Source: Desulfomonilia bacterium (GTDB lineage Bacteria; Desulfobacterota; Desulfomonilia; UBA1062). Taken from it: a DNA stretch of 64,000 bases. Position 1 is the stretch's first letter; each line of letters starts with the position of its first letter. Below are positions 1 to 10,547 of the stretch, piece by piece. The stretch spans positions 17,150 to 81,149 of the forward strand of contig JBNGDS010000004.1 of NCBI GenBank assembly GCA_049975365.1. Reading direction: 5' to 3'. Under the pieces are notes generated by a model. The model worked only from the letters and a program-made list of their open reading frames with translations. It made no database searches and was not told the origin of the DNA. The position numbers and the translations under genes are program-made.

Positions 1-1642
1 GAGAGTGAAGGTTATCCAGGCGATACCGCCGTACAGGCCCCCTGACATTCGTCTTGAAGAATTCGGCAACCCTGGAAGCAGTGAGCTCTCTGACGATTTC
101 AGGGTACAGTTCCGGTTTGAGTGCGGCAACACCGATGTTGCAGATATCCCCCTTATCACCTGACCGGGCATGGGCAATCCTATACAGAGGAACCTTGACG
201 TGTTTTTTTGACCCCATTGTGTGCGGATCAGGTCCTTCGGGCTGGGTGACAGGATCTCCAGCCTCGCCGGAAGCACACTCGAAGAATTCCTCGGTGTCAT
301 TGAACACCATGCGAGCCTTCACAAGATCTCTCGGGATCAATGCAGGCCAGAACCCGAAGGCCGGGACCACGTCCGGACGGCCACCCATGACCGTCACACC
401 GGGAGGGCCGGCGAGTATCAGACCGGAAAGTTCCCTGCTCATGACCTCTAGAGGTTTCTTGTCTTCTGCACGGGCAGCGAATCTCAGGATGATCTCGTTG
501 GGTTCAACCTTCGGGGCTGCGGATTCACCCCAGCAGGAATTGTACCCTACGAAGTCGGTGCGATGCTCGATAAAATCTCCCGATACCCTGTCCCAGAACA
601 TCTCGGCAAACTTTTTCCCTTTGGCCACGACATCAGGCCCGCTGAGCACCAGGGGGGCTATCACCTTAAATCCTGCTTCATACGTCACGGAGACCTTGAG
701 ATATGGTGTGGGCTTCTGGCCTCGGGCGTTTTTCACGAGCACCCTGTCTTTCCCGACGTCTTCCAGGGAAAACGAGGTAAAATCCGCAATGACATCAGGG
801 CAGATGTAGACCTGAGGATCGCCGATCTCGTAGAGGAGCTGCTCCTTTGCAGTCCTTGTGCTCACAAGACCGCCAGTTCCGGGGTGCTTGGTAAGGACGA
901 ACGACCCGTCGCCATGCATCTCTACGAGGGGGTAGCCCATGTTGTGATAGCTTTCGATTTCTCTCCACAGGGTGTAGTTGCCCCCGGTGGACTGTGTTCC
1001 GCACTCCACGAGGTGGCCGGCGACCAGGGCCGAGGCAAGCCTGTCGTAGTCTCCCCACATCCATCCGAACTCATGGGCGAATGCAGCAACCACTCCTGCA
1101 GCGTCATAGGTCCGCCCTGTAATGACAATGCGGGCTCCCTTTTCAAGAGCGGCGACAATGGGATGTGCACCGATATAGGCATTTGCAGAGATGACCTTGT
1201 CGATCATGGGGCCAAGGGATTCACCGGTATCCTGGTGGGTAAATTCACACTCGTTCTCGTGCAGTTCTTTCAGTCTCGGCATCAGATCATCACCGTCGAC
1301 GATTGCAACCGGGAGACGAATACCTTTCTCTTCCATCACCGCCTCGAGGGCGCGGGCGCACCCCACTGGGTTTATCCCCCCTGCATTGGCGATGACGGAT
1401 ATGTCGTGGTCGGCAATATATGACAGCAGCCTGCCCATGGCTGAGACGAAATCCCGTGCATATCCTGCTTCAGGATTCTTGGCCTTCTGGCGAGCCAGGA
1501 TGATCATGGTGATCTCGGCGAGGTAGTCCATAGTCAGGTAGTCGATAGGCCCCCCCTTGACCTGCCGTTCTATCGCCGCCAGTTCATCGCCCCAGAAGCC
1601 GCTCGCGTTTGCTACGATTATGGTTTCCTTGTTCCTTCTCAT
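1..1642 (-). CDS. AtuA-like (acyclic terpene utilisation family, DUF1446-type N-domain) protein; C-terminal end lies beyond window start
   Basis: Absent from the ORF track because it has no stop inside the window. My own minus-strand translation from ATG (complement of 1640-1642, GGAG RBS 8 nt upstream) gives MRRNKETIIVANASGFWGDELAAIERQVKGGPIDYLTMDYLAEITMIILARQ..., the hallmark N-terminus of DUF1446/AtuA proteins. Plus-strand ORFs 54-809 and 563-1423 are shadows of it. Confidence 0.65.
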   Translation of the reverse strand, partial: MRRNKETIIVANASGFWGDELAAIERQVKGGPIDYLTMDYLAEITMIILARQKAKNPEAGYARDFVSAMGRLLSYIADHDISVIANAGGINPVGCARALEAVMEEKGIRLPVAIVDGDDLMPRLKELHENECEFTHQDTGESLGPMIDKVISANAYIGAHPIVAALEKGARIVITGRTYDAAGVVAAFAHEFGWMWGDYDRLASALVAGHLVECGTQSTGGNYTLWREIESYHNMGYPLVEMHGDGSFVLTKHPGTGGLVSTRTAKEQLLYEIGDPQVYICPDVIADFTSFSLEDVGKDRVLVKNARGQKPTPYLKVSVTYEAGFKVIAPLVLSGPDVVAKGKKFAEMFWDRVSGDFIEHRTDFVGYNSCWGESAAPKVEPNEIILRFAARAEDKKPLEVMSRELSGLILAGPPGVTVMGGRPDVVPAFGFWPALIPRDLVKARMVFNDTEEFFECASGEAGDPVTQPEGPDPHTMGSKKHVKVPLYRIAHARSGDKGDICNIGVAALKPELYPEIVRELTASRVAEFFKTNVRGPVRRYRLDNLHS

Positions 1643-1776
1643 CTGTGGAATCTCCTTGTCCAGAGTGCCTTGTCGTGAATATCATGGAACCATGGGAGAT
1701 CAGTATCTCCCGGTACACGATCCGTTCTGCCGTTTCCTTCCGTTGCAATCGGCCTTCACGGTCCGGCCAGCCGTTC

Positions 1777-3045
1777 TCACTCCTTCTTCAGTTCGGCGAG
1801 GATTTCCTGCGCACGGTCTACCCTGATTTTGCCTTCTTCCACCAGGAGTTTGGCCACTTCGTCGATCAGATCTCCCTCTGCACCAGCCATGACAGCGATA
1901 TTCTTCGCGTGCAATGACATGTGACCCCGCTGAATGCCCTCGGAGGCCAAGGCTCTGAGTGCAGCGAGGTTTTGGCACAGACCAAGGGCAACGATAATCT
2001 CTCCGAGTTCAGTTGCTGTCTGAATGCCGAGGATCTTTTTGGTCAGCTTGGCAAGGGGGTGGAGCGCTGTTGCACCTCCTACTAGGCCCACAGCCATGGG
2101 AAGCTCAAGGGTGCCGGCGAGATTCCCCTCGGGGGTCTTTTCCCACCTGCTCATGGACCGGTACCGGCCTGAGCGGGCAGCATAGCTGTGCGCACCTGCC
2201 TCGATGGCGCGGAAATCATTTCCGGTCGCGATGACAAGAGGGGTGATGCCATTCATGATCCCCTTGTTGTGGGTTGCCGCACGGTGAGGATCCGCATCGG
2301 CAAAAGCCCACGCATAGATAATGCCGTCAACGATGTCATCGGCACCTTTTATGGCATCTTTCATCACCGTGACACGGGCTCTGCACAGGCGTCGGTCGGC
2401 CAGATTGGACAGGATCCTGAGGTAGACCTTCCCGCCGGTAATGTGCTCGATGGTCGGTGCAAGCGCCTCTGCCATTGTATTCACGGCATTGGCCCCCATT
2501 GCATCCCGAACATCAACGAGGAGGTGGGAGATCACCATGGGACCTGCAGCAGTGTCGATCACCCGTACCTCGATGTCCTTCGCCCCACCGCCGATGTCCA
2601 CGAGAACAGGGTCCTGGGCATTTGCAATTTTCAGGATGTCATCCCTGTTTTCCAGGATCTTCAGCCTGGCACCGTAGGGATCGGTCAGCTTCACGGCCTG
2701 GATCTGGGCAATCATGATCGGGCCGGAATTGCTCGTGAAGAATCCCCCGCCGCTGCGCGCCATGCTTGCTGCATTTGAGACACCCGCCACCACCGAAGAT
2801 TCCTCGACCACCAGGGGAATGAGGTACTCCCTGTTGTTGATGATCATGTTGATCACGATCCCGACCGGGATCTGGAACGTGCCCACCACGTTTTCTATCA
2901 TTCTGTCCGCCGTCTGCACGTCCAGGGCCTGCTTCTGGAAGAGGGACACTTCCTCGTCCGTGAGGTCGGCGAACTCCTTGACCTTGCTGAGCCTCTCAGC
3001 AATGCTGAGCTTGTGAAACCCTGATATCCGAGATGATTTTGCCAT
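1777..3045 (-). CDS. mvaA: Hydroxymethylglutaryl-CoA reductase, class II (degradative/NAD(P)H type)
   Basis: 422 aa. The length and global similarity pattern match class II HMGR. GGAGAG RBS upstream of the ATG. Confidence 0.85.
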   Translation of the reverse strand: MAKSSRISGFHKLSIAERLSKVKEFADLTDEEVSLFQKQALDVQTADRMIENVVGTFQIPVGIVINMIINNREYLIPLVVEESSVVAGVSNAASMARSGGGFFTSNSGPIMIAQIQAVKLTDPYGARLKILENRDDILKIANAQDPVLVDIGGGAKDIEVRVIDTAAGPMVISHLLVDVRDAMGANAVNTMAEALAPTIEHITGGKVYLRILSNLADRRLCRARVTVMKDAIKGADDIVDGIIYAWAFADADPHRAATHNKGIMNGITPLVIATGNDFRAIEAGAHSYAARSGRYRSMSRWEKTPEGNLAGTLELPMAVGLVGGATALHPLAKLTKKILGIQTATELGEIIVALGLCQNLAALRALASEGIQRGHMSLHAKNIAVMAGAEGDLIDEVAKLLVEEGKIRVDRAQEILAELKKE

Positions 3046-3100
3046 AGTTCGCTCTCCTTTCTATGTGCTCTCGTTGCACGTATACGTATTCACGAGTGTG

Positions 3101-4417
3101 TTAATCCATGAGATCCGGGAGATACATGATGATCTCCGGGAAGATCATGCACAGGATCAGCCCGAGTGCCTGCAGGAGCACGAAGGGGAATACTCCCCGA
3201 TAGATGTCGCCCATGGTCATGCCCTTGGGAGCCACCCCCTTGAGATAAAAGAGCGTGTACCCGAACGGGGGGGTGATGTAGTCCATCTGTGCGTTCACCA
3301 GGAACAGGATTCCGAACCACACCGGGTCAAACCCGACTGACTGGATAATTGGGAGGAAGATGGGAACACACAGGAGGATGATTCCGATCTCGTCGAGGAA
3401 AAGTCCAAGCACAATGAGAATCAACTGCATGATGATCAAGATGATCCACCTGTTCACTTCAAGCCCGAGGACGAAGTTCTGGATGAGCTCATCACCGCCT
3501 ACGGCGGAGAAGACCGAGATGTAACAGCGAGCCCCGATGGTTATCCAGAGAATCATGGAGGTGACGACCGCTGTGTTGAACACAGATTCCTTGAGCATCT
3601 GCCAGTTGAAGCGTCTGTAGACCATGGCGGATATGATCGCTCCAATGCACCCGACTCCTGCCGCCTCTGTCGGTGTTGCAATCCCGGTATATATGGAACC
3701 GAGCACCCCCAGGATGAGCAGGATTGGGAGAATCACGGTTTTGAATGCAATGACCTTGTCAATGAACGAATATTTCGCCCGTTCTTCCTTGGAAGGTGCA
3801 GGTCCCATTTCGGGCTGAATCCAGCACCGCAGCCCAATGTATACAATGAAGAGACCCGACAGGAGCAGGCCGGGCAGGACCCCCCCGATGAACATCTTGC
3901 CGATGGAGACGCCCGCTGTTACTGCATACACGATGGTGATGACACTCGGAGGGATGAGGATTCCCAGGGTGCCCCCTGCGCAGATGCTGCCTGCGGCCAT
4001 GCCTTTGTCATAGCCGCGGTTGAGCATGGCGGGCAGGGCAAGGATCCCCATGGTGGCCACGGCGGCGCCAACGATTCCTGTCATTGCCGCCATGAGGGTA
4101 CAGATCACGATGGTGCCTATGGCAAGCCCGCCACGCAGGGGGCCGAACCACATCTCCATGAAGCTGAAGAGGTCTTCCACGAGTCCCGAGCGCTCCAGCA
4201 CATTTGCCATAAACACGTACAGCGGAATGGCGACAAAGAAGTAGGAAGTCATTACGCCCCAGGACTGCACGGCGACCAGGAGCATGGAATTCGGACCCCA
4301 CAGAAAATAGGCAAAAAACATTGCAAGCCCGCCCAGAACAAAGGCAAGGGGAAGGCCTGTGGAGAGGAGAATGACCAGGGATGCAAACATGGCAAATACA
4401 GTGAATTCGATACTCAT
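3101..4417 (-). CDS. dctM: TRAP transporter large permease subunit (DctM family)
   Basis: 438 aa polytopic membrane protein with typical DctM sequence. ATGA start/stop overlap with dctQ at 4414-4417. Confidence 0.9.
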   Translation of the reverse strand: MSIEFTVFAMFASLVILLSTGLPLAFVLGGLAMFFAYFLWGPNSMLLVAVQSWGVMTSYFFVAIPLYVFMANVLERSGLVEDLFSFMEMWFGPLRGGLAIGTIVICTLMAAMTGIVGAAVATMGILALPAMLNRGYDKGMAAGSICAGGTLGILIPPSVITIVYAVTAGVSIGKMFIGGVLPGLLLSGLFIVYIGLRCWIQPEMGPAPSKEERAKYSFIDKVIAFKTVILPILLILGVLGSIYTGIATPTEAAGVGCIGAIISAMVYRRFNWQMLKESVFNTAVVTSMILWITIGARCYISVFSAVGGDELIQNFVLGLEVNRWIILIIMQLILIVLGLFLDEIGIILLCVPIFLPIIQSVGFDPVWFGILFLVNAQMDYITPPFGYTLFYLKGVAPKGMTMGDIYRGVFPFVLLQALGLILCMIFPEIIMYLPDLMD

Positions 4418-4929
4418 GATTCCAACTCCCTGTTCGTGACTGCGAGGTGAAAGTCACGGATGAACTTGGCGATTCCCTGGAGGAGGATGAGCCCTGCGGC
4501 GATCGGAATACACAGCTTGATGGGGTAGACTGGCGGTGCCCAGGCAGAGGACAGGGTCTCCCTCACAAGGATAGAATTCCAGGCAAATCTCCACCCGTAG
4601 ACAAGCATGGTATAGATGAAGAAGAAGAATGCCGGCGCTGTGATGAGATCGACAATGGCCCTCCTGCGGGGAGAGAGACGACCATAGAGGATGTCGACAT
4701 TCACATGCTTGCCGATGGCCAGGGTGTAAGCTCCTGCGAGGAGGAAGTACGGGCCATAGAGAAGATAGTTGAACTCAAATGCCCAGATCGTGGGGGAATC
4801 GAAAAAATACCTCATGACGACCTCATACACGGTTGCAATGGTAATCAGGATAATGACAAAGCTCAGGATCTTTGCCACCCACTCATTGATCTTGTCTATG
4901 GTGAATACGATTTTCCGCAACCCTTTCAT
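4414..4929 (-). CDS. dctQ: TRAP transporter small permease subunit (DctQ family)
   Basis: 171 aa protein with 4 TM segments. Translationally coupled to dctM. Confidence 0.8.
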   Translation of the reverse strand: MKGLRKIVFTIDKINEWVAKILSFVIILITIATVYEVVMRYFFDSPTIWAFEFNYLLYGPYFLLAGAYTLAIGKHVNVDILYGRLSPRRRAIVDLITAPAFFFFIYTMLVYGWRFAWNSILVRETLSSAWAPPVYPIKLCIPIAAGLILLQGIAKFIRDFHLAVTNRELES

Positions 4930-5066
4930 GATCTTCTCCCGGGGAGCTGAGTGAATCCGCTCGAAATCATTGTGTAAATAAGTTTGCAGGCTGAATAGGG
5001 GTGCTGTCGTGCACTCCCCCCCTGAATGAGACTATCTCCTGGGACTGAATCGAGAAAAAACCGCTG

Positions 5067-6110
5067 TTAATCGATCAGTCCGAGTTCTTTCATCCATGTC
5101 TTCTGGGAATCGAGAACCTTTCTGGCCTTCTCGCTCTTGTTGCCGTACTCTTCCCACACTTCCATGGCTATCTTCCTGGCCTTACGAACCTCTTCATCAG
5201 GCAGACGTATGATTTCGACTCCTTTCTGCCTGTATTTCGGCAGAGAATTCATGCCATTGATATACTCCTGATGAAAGAGCTCGGAAGATATCTCACGAGC
5301 AGCAGATTCCAGGATGGCCTGGATGTCTTTGGGAAGCTTGTTCCACGCTGCCATGTTGATGGCATAGCAGGTGGACGTAACCGGCTGGTGGAATCCCGGA
5401 AGGATGATGTACTTGGCCACTTCGTACAAACCGGCATCGTAGTTGGCCTGGAGAGACCCTCTGTCAGCGAAGTCGATGACACCCTTTTCAAGGGCGGAGT
5501 AGACTTCTGCCGTGGGTAGCGGAGTGACTGCAGCCCCAATCTTGGCAAGAACCGGCCCGGCCAGACCTACGAACCGGCCTTTCTTTCCCTTGAGATCCTC
5601 AATGCTTCGGATAGGTATTTTCGAGTGGAGAGGTTCTTCAGCGTAGATGGTGGGCGCCAGGTAGTATACACCGAGTGGGGCGTACGATTCGCGCAGCATG
5701 TCCACCCCACCTTTCTCCCAGAACCATATCTCAAGCTGCCATGGATCGGTGAACCCGCAGGGCAGTGACGCTGTGAAGGCAACCTCAGGCATCTTTCCGA
5801 TGTAGTACCCCTCGTACTGCTTCATCATCTCGAACATGCCGGCCTGGATGGCGTCCAGCATCTCGTTGGTGGGCACGAGGGAGCCGGGAGGGAAGATCTT
5901 GATGACAAGACGACCTCCGGTGAGTTCATTCACCCGCGCCACGAACTGCTCTTCCACCTTGTATGGGAGCGTTCCAGGATCCCAGAGAATCTGCATACGC
6001 CAGTTGATCACCTTGTCCGCTGCTGATGAAGGAGCAGGGACGGTCGTCCAGAGAACCCCGAGTGCGATGAAAAGGCATACAATGATTTTTGTGCTTCTAT
6101 GGAACCACAT
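5067..6110 (-). CDS. dctP: TRAP transporter substrate-binding protein (DctP family)
   Basis: 347 aa with signal peptide (MWFHRSTKIIVCLFIALGVLWTTVPAPSSAA) and the DctP-type fold signature. First gene of the dctPQM-mvaA-atuA operon. Confidence 0.85.
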   Translation of the reverse strand: MWFHRSTKIIVCLFIALGVLWTTVPAPSSAADKVINWRMQILWDPGTLPYKVEEQFVARVNELTGGRLVIKIFPPGSLVPTNEMLDAIQAGMFEMMKQYEGYYIGKMPEVAFTASLPCGFTDPWQLEIWFWEKGGVDMLRESYAPLGVYYLAPTIYAEEPLHSKIPIRSIEDLKGKKGRFVGLAGPVLAKIGAAVTPLPTAEVYSALEKGVIDFADRGSLQANYDAGLYEVAKYIILPGFHQPVTSTCYAINMAAWNKLPKDIQAILESAAREISSELFHQEYINGMNSLPKYRQKGVEIIRLPDEEVRKARKIAMEVWEEYGNKSEKARKVLDSQKTWMKELGLID

Positions 6111-6218
6111 GCGTTACCTCCTTCAAGTATTTTCTGGTTCTTTGTTTCTGAACCAGGTTGTTCCGCTTAGGAGAACTCTGTCCTTTCAGACACATTTCCG
6201 TATATTCATTCACGAGGG

Positions 6219-6794
6219 TTATTGCTTTCCGGGTTTTTCAGAATAGATGACAACCAGGACCTTGCTCTCTGTATCACCTATACACTGACCTCGATGGGGC
6301 ACCTCGGAATCGAAGAACACGCAGTCTCCGACATCGAGAACATGGCGCTCGTCGCCGTACCAGAATTCCATGCTTCCCTCCAGGACGAACATCAGCTCCT
6401 GTCCCTCATGGCGAAAGATCGTGCGGTCGTCAGCGTGGGGGATGAGGGTGATGATGAACGGGTTCATGACCTTGTTGTGCTTTTTGTATGCGATGGATTC
6501 ATAGAAATAGCCGAAGATGTTTCCCCGCTGTGCAACGGGCTTCCGCTCTGTACTCCTGACAATGGAACACTTGAGGTTGTTCACCTTGCGCTCCAAAAAG
6601 TCTGCGATCTCAACGTTCAACGCATCGGCTATCTTGCTCAGGGTCGCAATCGGCGGGCTCTGGAGGCCGCGCTCGATCTTCGAGAGATACCCCTTGGTAA
6701 ACCCGGTTCTTACCGAAAGCGTGTCCAGGGTGGTTTTCATGCCCTTTCTGATGGATCGAATCTTCAGACCGATATTTTCATACGTATCGTACAT
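6219..6794 (-). CDS. XRE-family HTH transcriptional regulator with C-terminal cupin domain
   Basis: N-terminal HTH_3 (LKIRSIRKGMKTTLDTLSVRTGFTKGYLSKIERG) and C-terminal cupin (VLEGSMEFWYGDERHVLDVGDCVFFDSEVPHR). The track's first codon is GTG; I place the start at the ATG (MYDTYEN) preceded by GGTGAG. Confidence 0.75.
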   Translation of the reverse strand: MYDTYENIGLKIRSIRKGMKTTLDTLSVRTGFTKGYLSKIERGLQSPPIATLSKIADALNVEIADFLERKVNNLKCSIVRSTERKPVAQRGNIFGYFYESIAYKKHNKVMNPFIITLIPHADDRTIFRHEGQELMFVLEGSMEFWYGDERHVLDVGDCVFFDSEVPHRGQCIGDTESKVLVVIYSEKPGKQ

Positions 6795-7282
6795 TGGATT
6801 CTCACCTGGAGAGAGCACTCACCAGGGACGGGAGTGTAAAATGAAATGAACAGGATATCGATGAAGTATCCAGGTTGTATACGTGTGACACATCCATGGA
6901 ACAATGTCCCCCTCATGGATGAAATATATTTCCTGACAGGAAACAGTATACGAATCAAAATACGGCTGTCAAGATCTCAGGCAATATTTATTAAAATAAT
7001 ATAAACAATATGTTATAATCTCTACAATCCCAATATCCCGTGATGCTTGGGTTTTTCATGGAAAGGAAACAAGGAGTAAGATTCAACCATGTCTGGAAAC
7101 TCTCAGGAACGGTCAGACCCCTAGAGAAACACGATGGCGCAAAGCCTTCACCAAGATTCCTGAATAGTGAATACGGAATGGGAAATATAGGAGAGTTCGC
7201 ATTCACCAAGATACAAAAGAACAGGGAGGCCCTTTGGCGAGAGATGAACATTCCCTGCTCCTACGATGAACGGGAAGCAGGG

Positions 7283-8047
7283 TCATGGAACGTTCTGTGT
7301 TTCCCCTTGAGAGAGAAAGTTCAGAACAGCCTCCTTGTACCTGGGATTCATGAGGGCTGTCAGGTGGTCGCAGCCGGGGATGATCGAGAGTTTTGCACCG
7401 GGGATGGTTCGCGCAAAGCCGTAGGCATCACCGACAACACCATCATCCCGTGCCGAAACAACCAGTACCGGTTTCGTGTTCATCCTGAAATCAGGGGGAT
7501 CGTCTCTATACACACGGCTGATACACGCGCTGAGTGCCATGAGATCGTTCCTGTGAAAGTCGGCGAATTCTCTGAGTGCCCTGATAAACGGGTCGTGGAT
7601 GGAGGTCGCATTCTCAGAAGGCAAGTAAAGCGCGATCATTCGTGCTCGCTCCCTGTAGTCGAGGAGGTGTGCCCCGACACCACCGAGAACCACGGACCGT
7701 ACACGATCAGGGTGTGATACCATGAGGTGTGTGGAGATCCATCCCCCCAGGGAATACCCCATGATGTCGGATGCATCGATGGCGAGGTGGTCCATGAGTG
7801 AGATCACATCGGTTACAATCCTCTCGGGTGCATAGTCCTCGGGTTCATGGAATTTCGTGCTTTCTCCATGGCCTCTCAGGTCAAGGGCAACGACTCTTCT
7901 TCCCGATCTCACCAGGAGTTTGTACCAGGACGTGATCTTCCAGTTTACCGTGCGGTTGCTCGCAAACCCGTGGAGGAGGATGATAGGGTTTCCTCTGCCC
8001 TCGACCTCATAGCCTATGGATGCCTCGTGTGTCAGAAGTGTTGTCAT
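7283..8047 (-). CDS. alpha/beta-fold hydrolase
   Basis: HGFASN oxyanion motif and GYSLGG nucleophile elbow. GAGGATAA RBS. Confidence 0.75.
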   Translation of the reverse strand: MTTLLTHEASIGYEVEGRGNPIILLHGFASNRTVNWKITSWYKLLVRSGRRVVALDLRGHGESTKFHEPEDYAPERIVTDVISLMDHLAIDASDIMGYSLGGWISTHLMVSHPDRVRSVVLGGVGAHLLDYRERARMIALYLPSENATSIHDPFIRALREFADFHRNDLMALSACISRVYRDDPPDFRMNTKPVLVVSARDDGVVGDAYGFARTIPGAKLSIIPGCDHLTALMNPRYKEAVLNFLSQGETQNVP

Positions 8048-8173
8048 GCGCGGTTATCCTCGGGTGCAGGCTGTTACCATGCAATTCCATCCCAGGGCAA
8101 GGGAAAGGGGATCATCCTTCCATGCATCCCTGTCCACGCAGTGAACGCGGGAGAACGACTCTGAGGAAAGGAG

Positions 8174-9364
8174 CTATTTCTTCTCCTGATCGAGGTAGGC
8201 AAGGGCAATCCTGGAGAGCATTGTTGTGCCGATCAAAAGGGCACGTTCGTCAAAGTCAAACCTGGCATTGTGGTGGGGTTCGCAGATCCCCCGTTCGAAG
8301 TTGCCTCCCCCGACGTAGAAATAACTACCCGGGATCCGCTGGAGGTAGAATGACATATCTTCGCTTGCCATGGTCGCTGGTACCTCGAACACCGACTCTG
8401 TTCCGACAACATCCACGGCAATACGCTCCACAAGATCGGTCATACGGGCATCATTCACTGTCACGGGATAGCCTGGAACATACTCGAGTTCAAAATCTCC
8501 CCGCAAACTCTGCGTGATGCCTCCGAGAATCCGTTTCATGCGCTCAGGTATAGTCTTCCTGATCTGTTCGTCGAGGCACCTGACCGTCCCTGTCAACTCG
8601 ACGGTCTCCGCGATCACATTCGATGCCGTGCCGCCATGGAATGTCCCAATGTTGACGATCAATGGAATCAGCGGTGATATCTCCTTCTGGATAAGGGCCT
8701 GGATGTTGATGGCTACGTGTGCAGCGATGGCAATCGCGTCGATTCCGCCTTCCGGCATAGCGGAGTGGCCTCCTTTTCCCTTGATATGTATGGTGAAGGA
8801 ATCCATGGCTGCCATGATGGAGCCGCTGCGGAAGGCGATCATACCTACAGGGATCTGGTTGATGATATGGAGCCCGAACGCTGCATCCACCCTGGGATCC
8901 TCCAGAACCCCGTCGTTGATCATGTATCGGGCCCCGCCAAGGCTTTCCTCGGCAGGCTGGAACACGAATTTCACTGTGCCGGCCAATTCAGATCTGAGCT
9001 CAGCGAGTATTCGCGCGGTGACAAGCAGTATGGCCATGTGGCCGTCGTGACCGCAGGCATGCATGACGCCCTCACGTACCGAGCGGTATTCCGTGAGGTT
9101 CATCTCCTGGATGGGCAGCGCATCCATGTCTGCCCTCAGGAGGACAGTCCTCCCAGCAGGATTTCCCGCAAGAAGTGCCACCACGCCAGTCTTGCCGATC
9201 CCTTCGTGGACCTCGAGACCAAGCCCTTTGAGGTAATCGGAGATGATGCCAGCGGATCTCCTCTCTTCGAACCCCAGTTCCGGATGTCTGTGGAAATCAC
9301 GCCGGAGACGTATGAGTTCATCCTCGTAATGAGAAACCCTCTTTCCGATGTCGGCAACGGTCAT
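8174..9364 (-). CDS. M20D-family amidohydrolase (N-acyl-amino-acid/hippurate hydrolase-like)
   Basis: 396 aa. Metal-ligand motifs of the M20 peptidase family (HACGHDGH ... GGHSAMP). Confidence 0.85.
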   Translation of the reverse strand: MTVADIGKRVSHYEDELIRLRRDFHRHPELGFEERRSAGIISDYLKGLGLEVHEGIGKTGVVALLAGNPAGRTVLLRADMDALPIQEMNLTEYRSVREGVMHACGHDGHMAILLVTARILAELRSELAGTVKFVFQPAEESLGGARYMINDGVLEDPRVDAAFGLHIINQIPVGMIAFRSGSIMAAMDSFTIHIKGKGGHSAMPEGGIDAIAIAAHVAINIQALIQKEISPLIPLIVNIGTFHGGTASNVIAETVELTGTVRCLDEQIRKTIPERMKRILGGITQSLRGDFELEYVPGYPVTVNDARMTDLVERIAVDVVGTESVFEVPATMASEDMSFYLQRIPGSYFYVGGGNFERGICEPHHNARFDFDERALLIGTTMLSRIALAYLDQEKK

Positions 9365-9498
9365 TCATTCACCTCTTCCCTGACAACCATACCTGTTTGA
9401 CGCTGAAGATGAAAGGGGAAACAGGAGGAGAAAAGAGTGAACACCTTGGCACGACCGGGAGTGCATATTATTATGGTCCATAGACAGAGGGGGTATCT

Positions 9499-10479
9499 AT
9501 GGGACTGAAAGTTCTCTCGCTTGCACCACTTCCCGGTGACCTGGTCAAGCTCCTGATTCAGCAGACACAGGGCGTACCTGATTTTGAGGTGGTAAGCGGT
9601 CATGAATTGGAGGACGGGGATCTTCTCAGGGCTGTATCCGAGGCAGATGTTGTGCTTGGAGACTACACGTTCAACAAGAAGATCACTGCAGATATCGTGA
9701 ATGCCGCCGGCAGGCTCAAAATGATCCAGCAGCCGAGCGTCGGGTATCAGCACATCGACGTTGATGCATGCACGCTCAAAGGAATCAGGGTTGCCAATAC
9801 AGCCGGCGCGAACACCGTGAGCGTTGCTGAGCATACCATCGCATGGGCACTCTGCCTCCTGAAGAATCTCTTTTTTGCTCACACGAGCACCAAACTGGGA
9901 GGGTGGGAGCAGATGAATGTCAAGCCAGTGGAGCTCAAGGGCAAGATCTGGGGTATCGTGGGATTTGGAAGGATCGGCCAGGCCCTTGCAGCCAGGCTGA
10001 GACCGTTTGAACTTGAGCGAATTCTCTACTATGACATCATCAGGCAGCCCAGAAACATGGAAGAAGAACTCGATGCAACCTTCTGCGAGTTGCCAGACCT
10101 TTTACAGCTCTCTGATATTGTGAGCCTCCATGCCCCCCTTACAGAGACAACACGGTGCATGATCGATGAGCATGCGTTTCACGCCATGAAGCCCACCGCT
10201 TACCTCATCAATGTCGCCAGGGCTGAGCTCGTGGATGAAGAAGCACTCGCCAGGGCGATCATGGCCAAGACGATAGCCGGTGCAGGCATCGATGTGTTTT
10301 CCGAAGAACCTGTGCGCTTGTACAATCCACTTCTCGATGTGGAGAGCGACAAGTTTCTGCTCTCTCCACACACTGCAGGAGTGAGTGACGAAGCAGCTGG
10401 ACGGATCATCAACATGGCAACAGCCAATATTGCGAAGGTGCTCAAGGGTGAAGAGCCGGATTCTCTCGTCAATCCTTGA
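9499..10479 (+). CDS. D-isomer-specific 2-hydroxyacid dehydrogenase family protein (NAD-binding)
   Basis: GxGxxG Rossmann motif (GIVGFGRIGQALAARL) and catalytic R/E/H pattern. GAGGGGG RBS. Confidence 0.85.
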   Translation: MGLKVLSLAPLPGDLVKLLIQQTQGVPDFEVVSGHELEDGDLLRAVSEADVVLGDYTFNKKITADIVNAAGRLKMIQQPSVGYQHIDVDACTLKGIRVANTAGANTVSVAEHTIAWALCLLKNLFFAHTSTKLGGWEQMNVKPVELKGKIWGIVGFGRIGQALAARLRPFELERILYYDIIRQPRNMEEELDATFCELPDLLQLSDIVSLHAPLTETTRCMIDEHAFHAMKPTAYLINVARAELVDEEALARAIMAKTIAGAGIDVFSEEPVRLYNPLLDVESDKFLLSPHTAGVSDEAAGRIINMATANIAKVLKGEEPDSLVNP

Positions 10480-10547
10480 GGGTGAGCCTGCATTGGCACA
10501 TGCCGATCCGGGAGATGTTTTGACCGAAAGGGTGTGAAGGAGGATGT

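Noticed and set aside
54-1423. Plus-strand ORFs 54-809 (251 aa) and 563-1423 (286 aa).
   Set aside because: Their compositions are Ser/Gly/Arg-rich and non-protein-like. They are shadows of the minus-strand AtuA-like gene, which is missing from the track only because it runs off the window.
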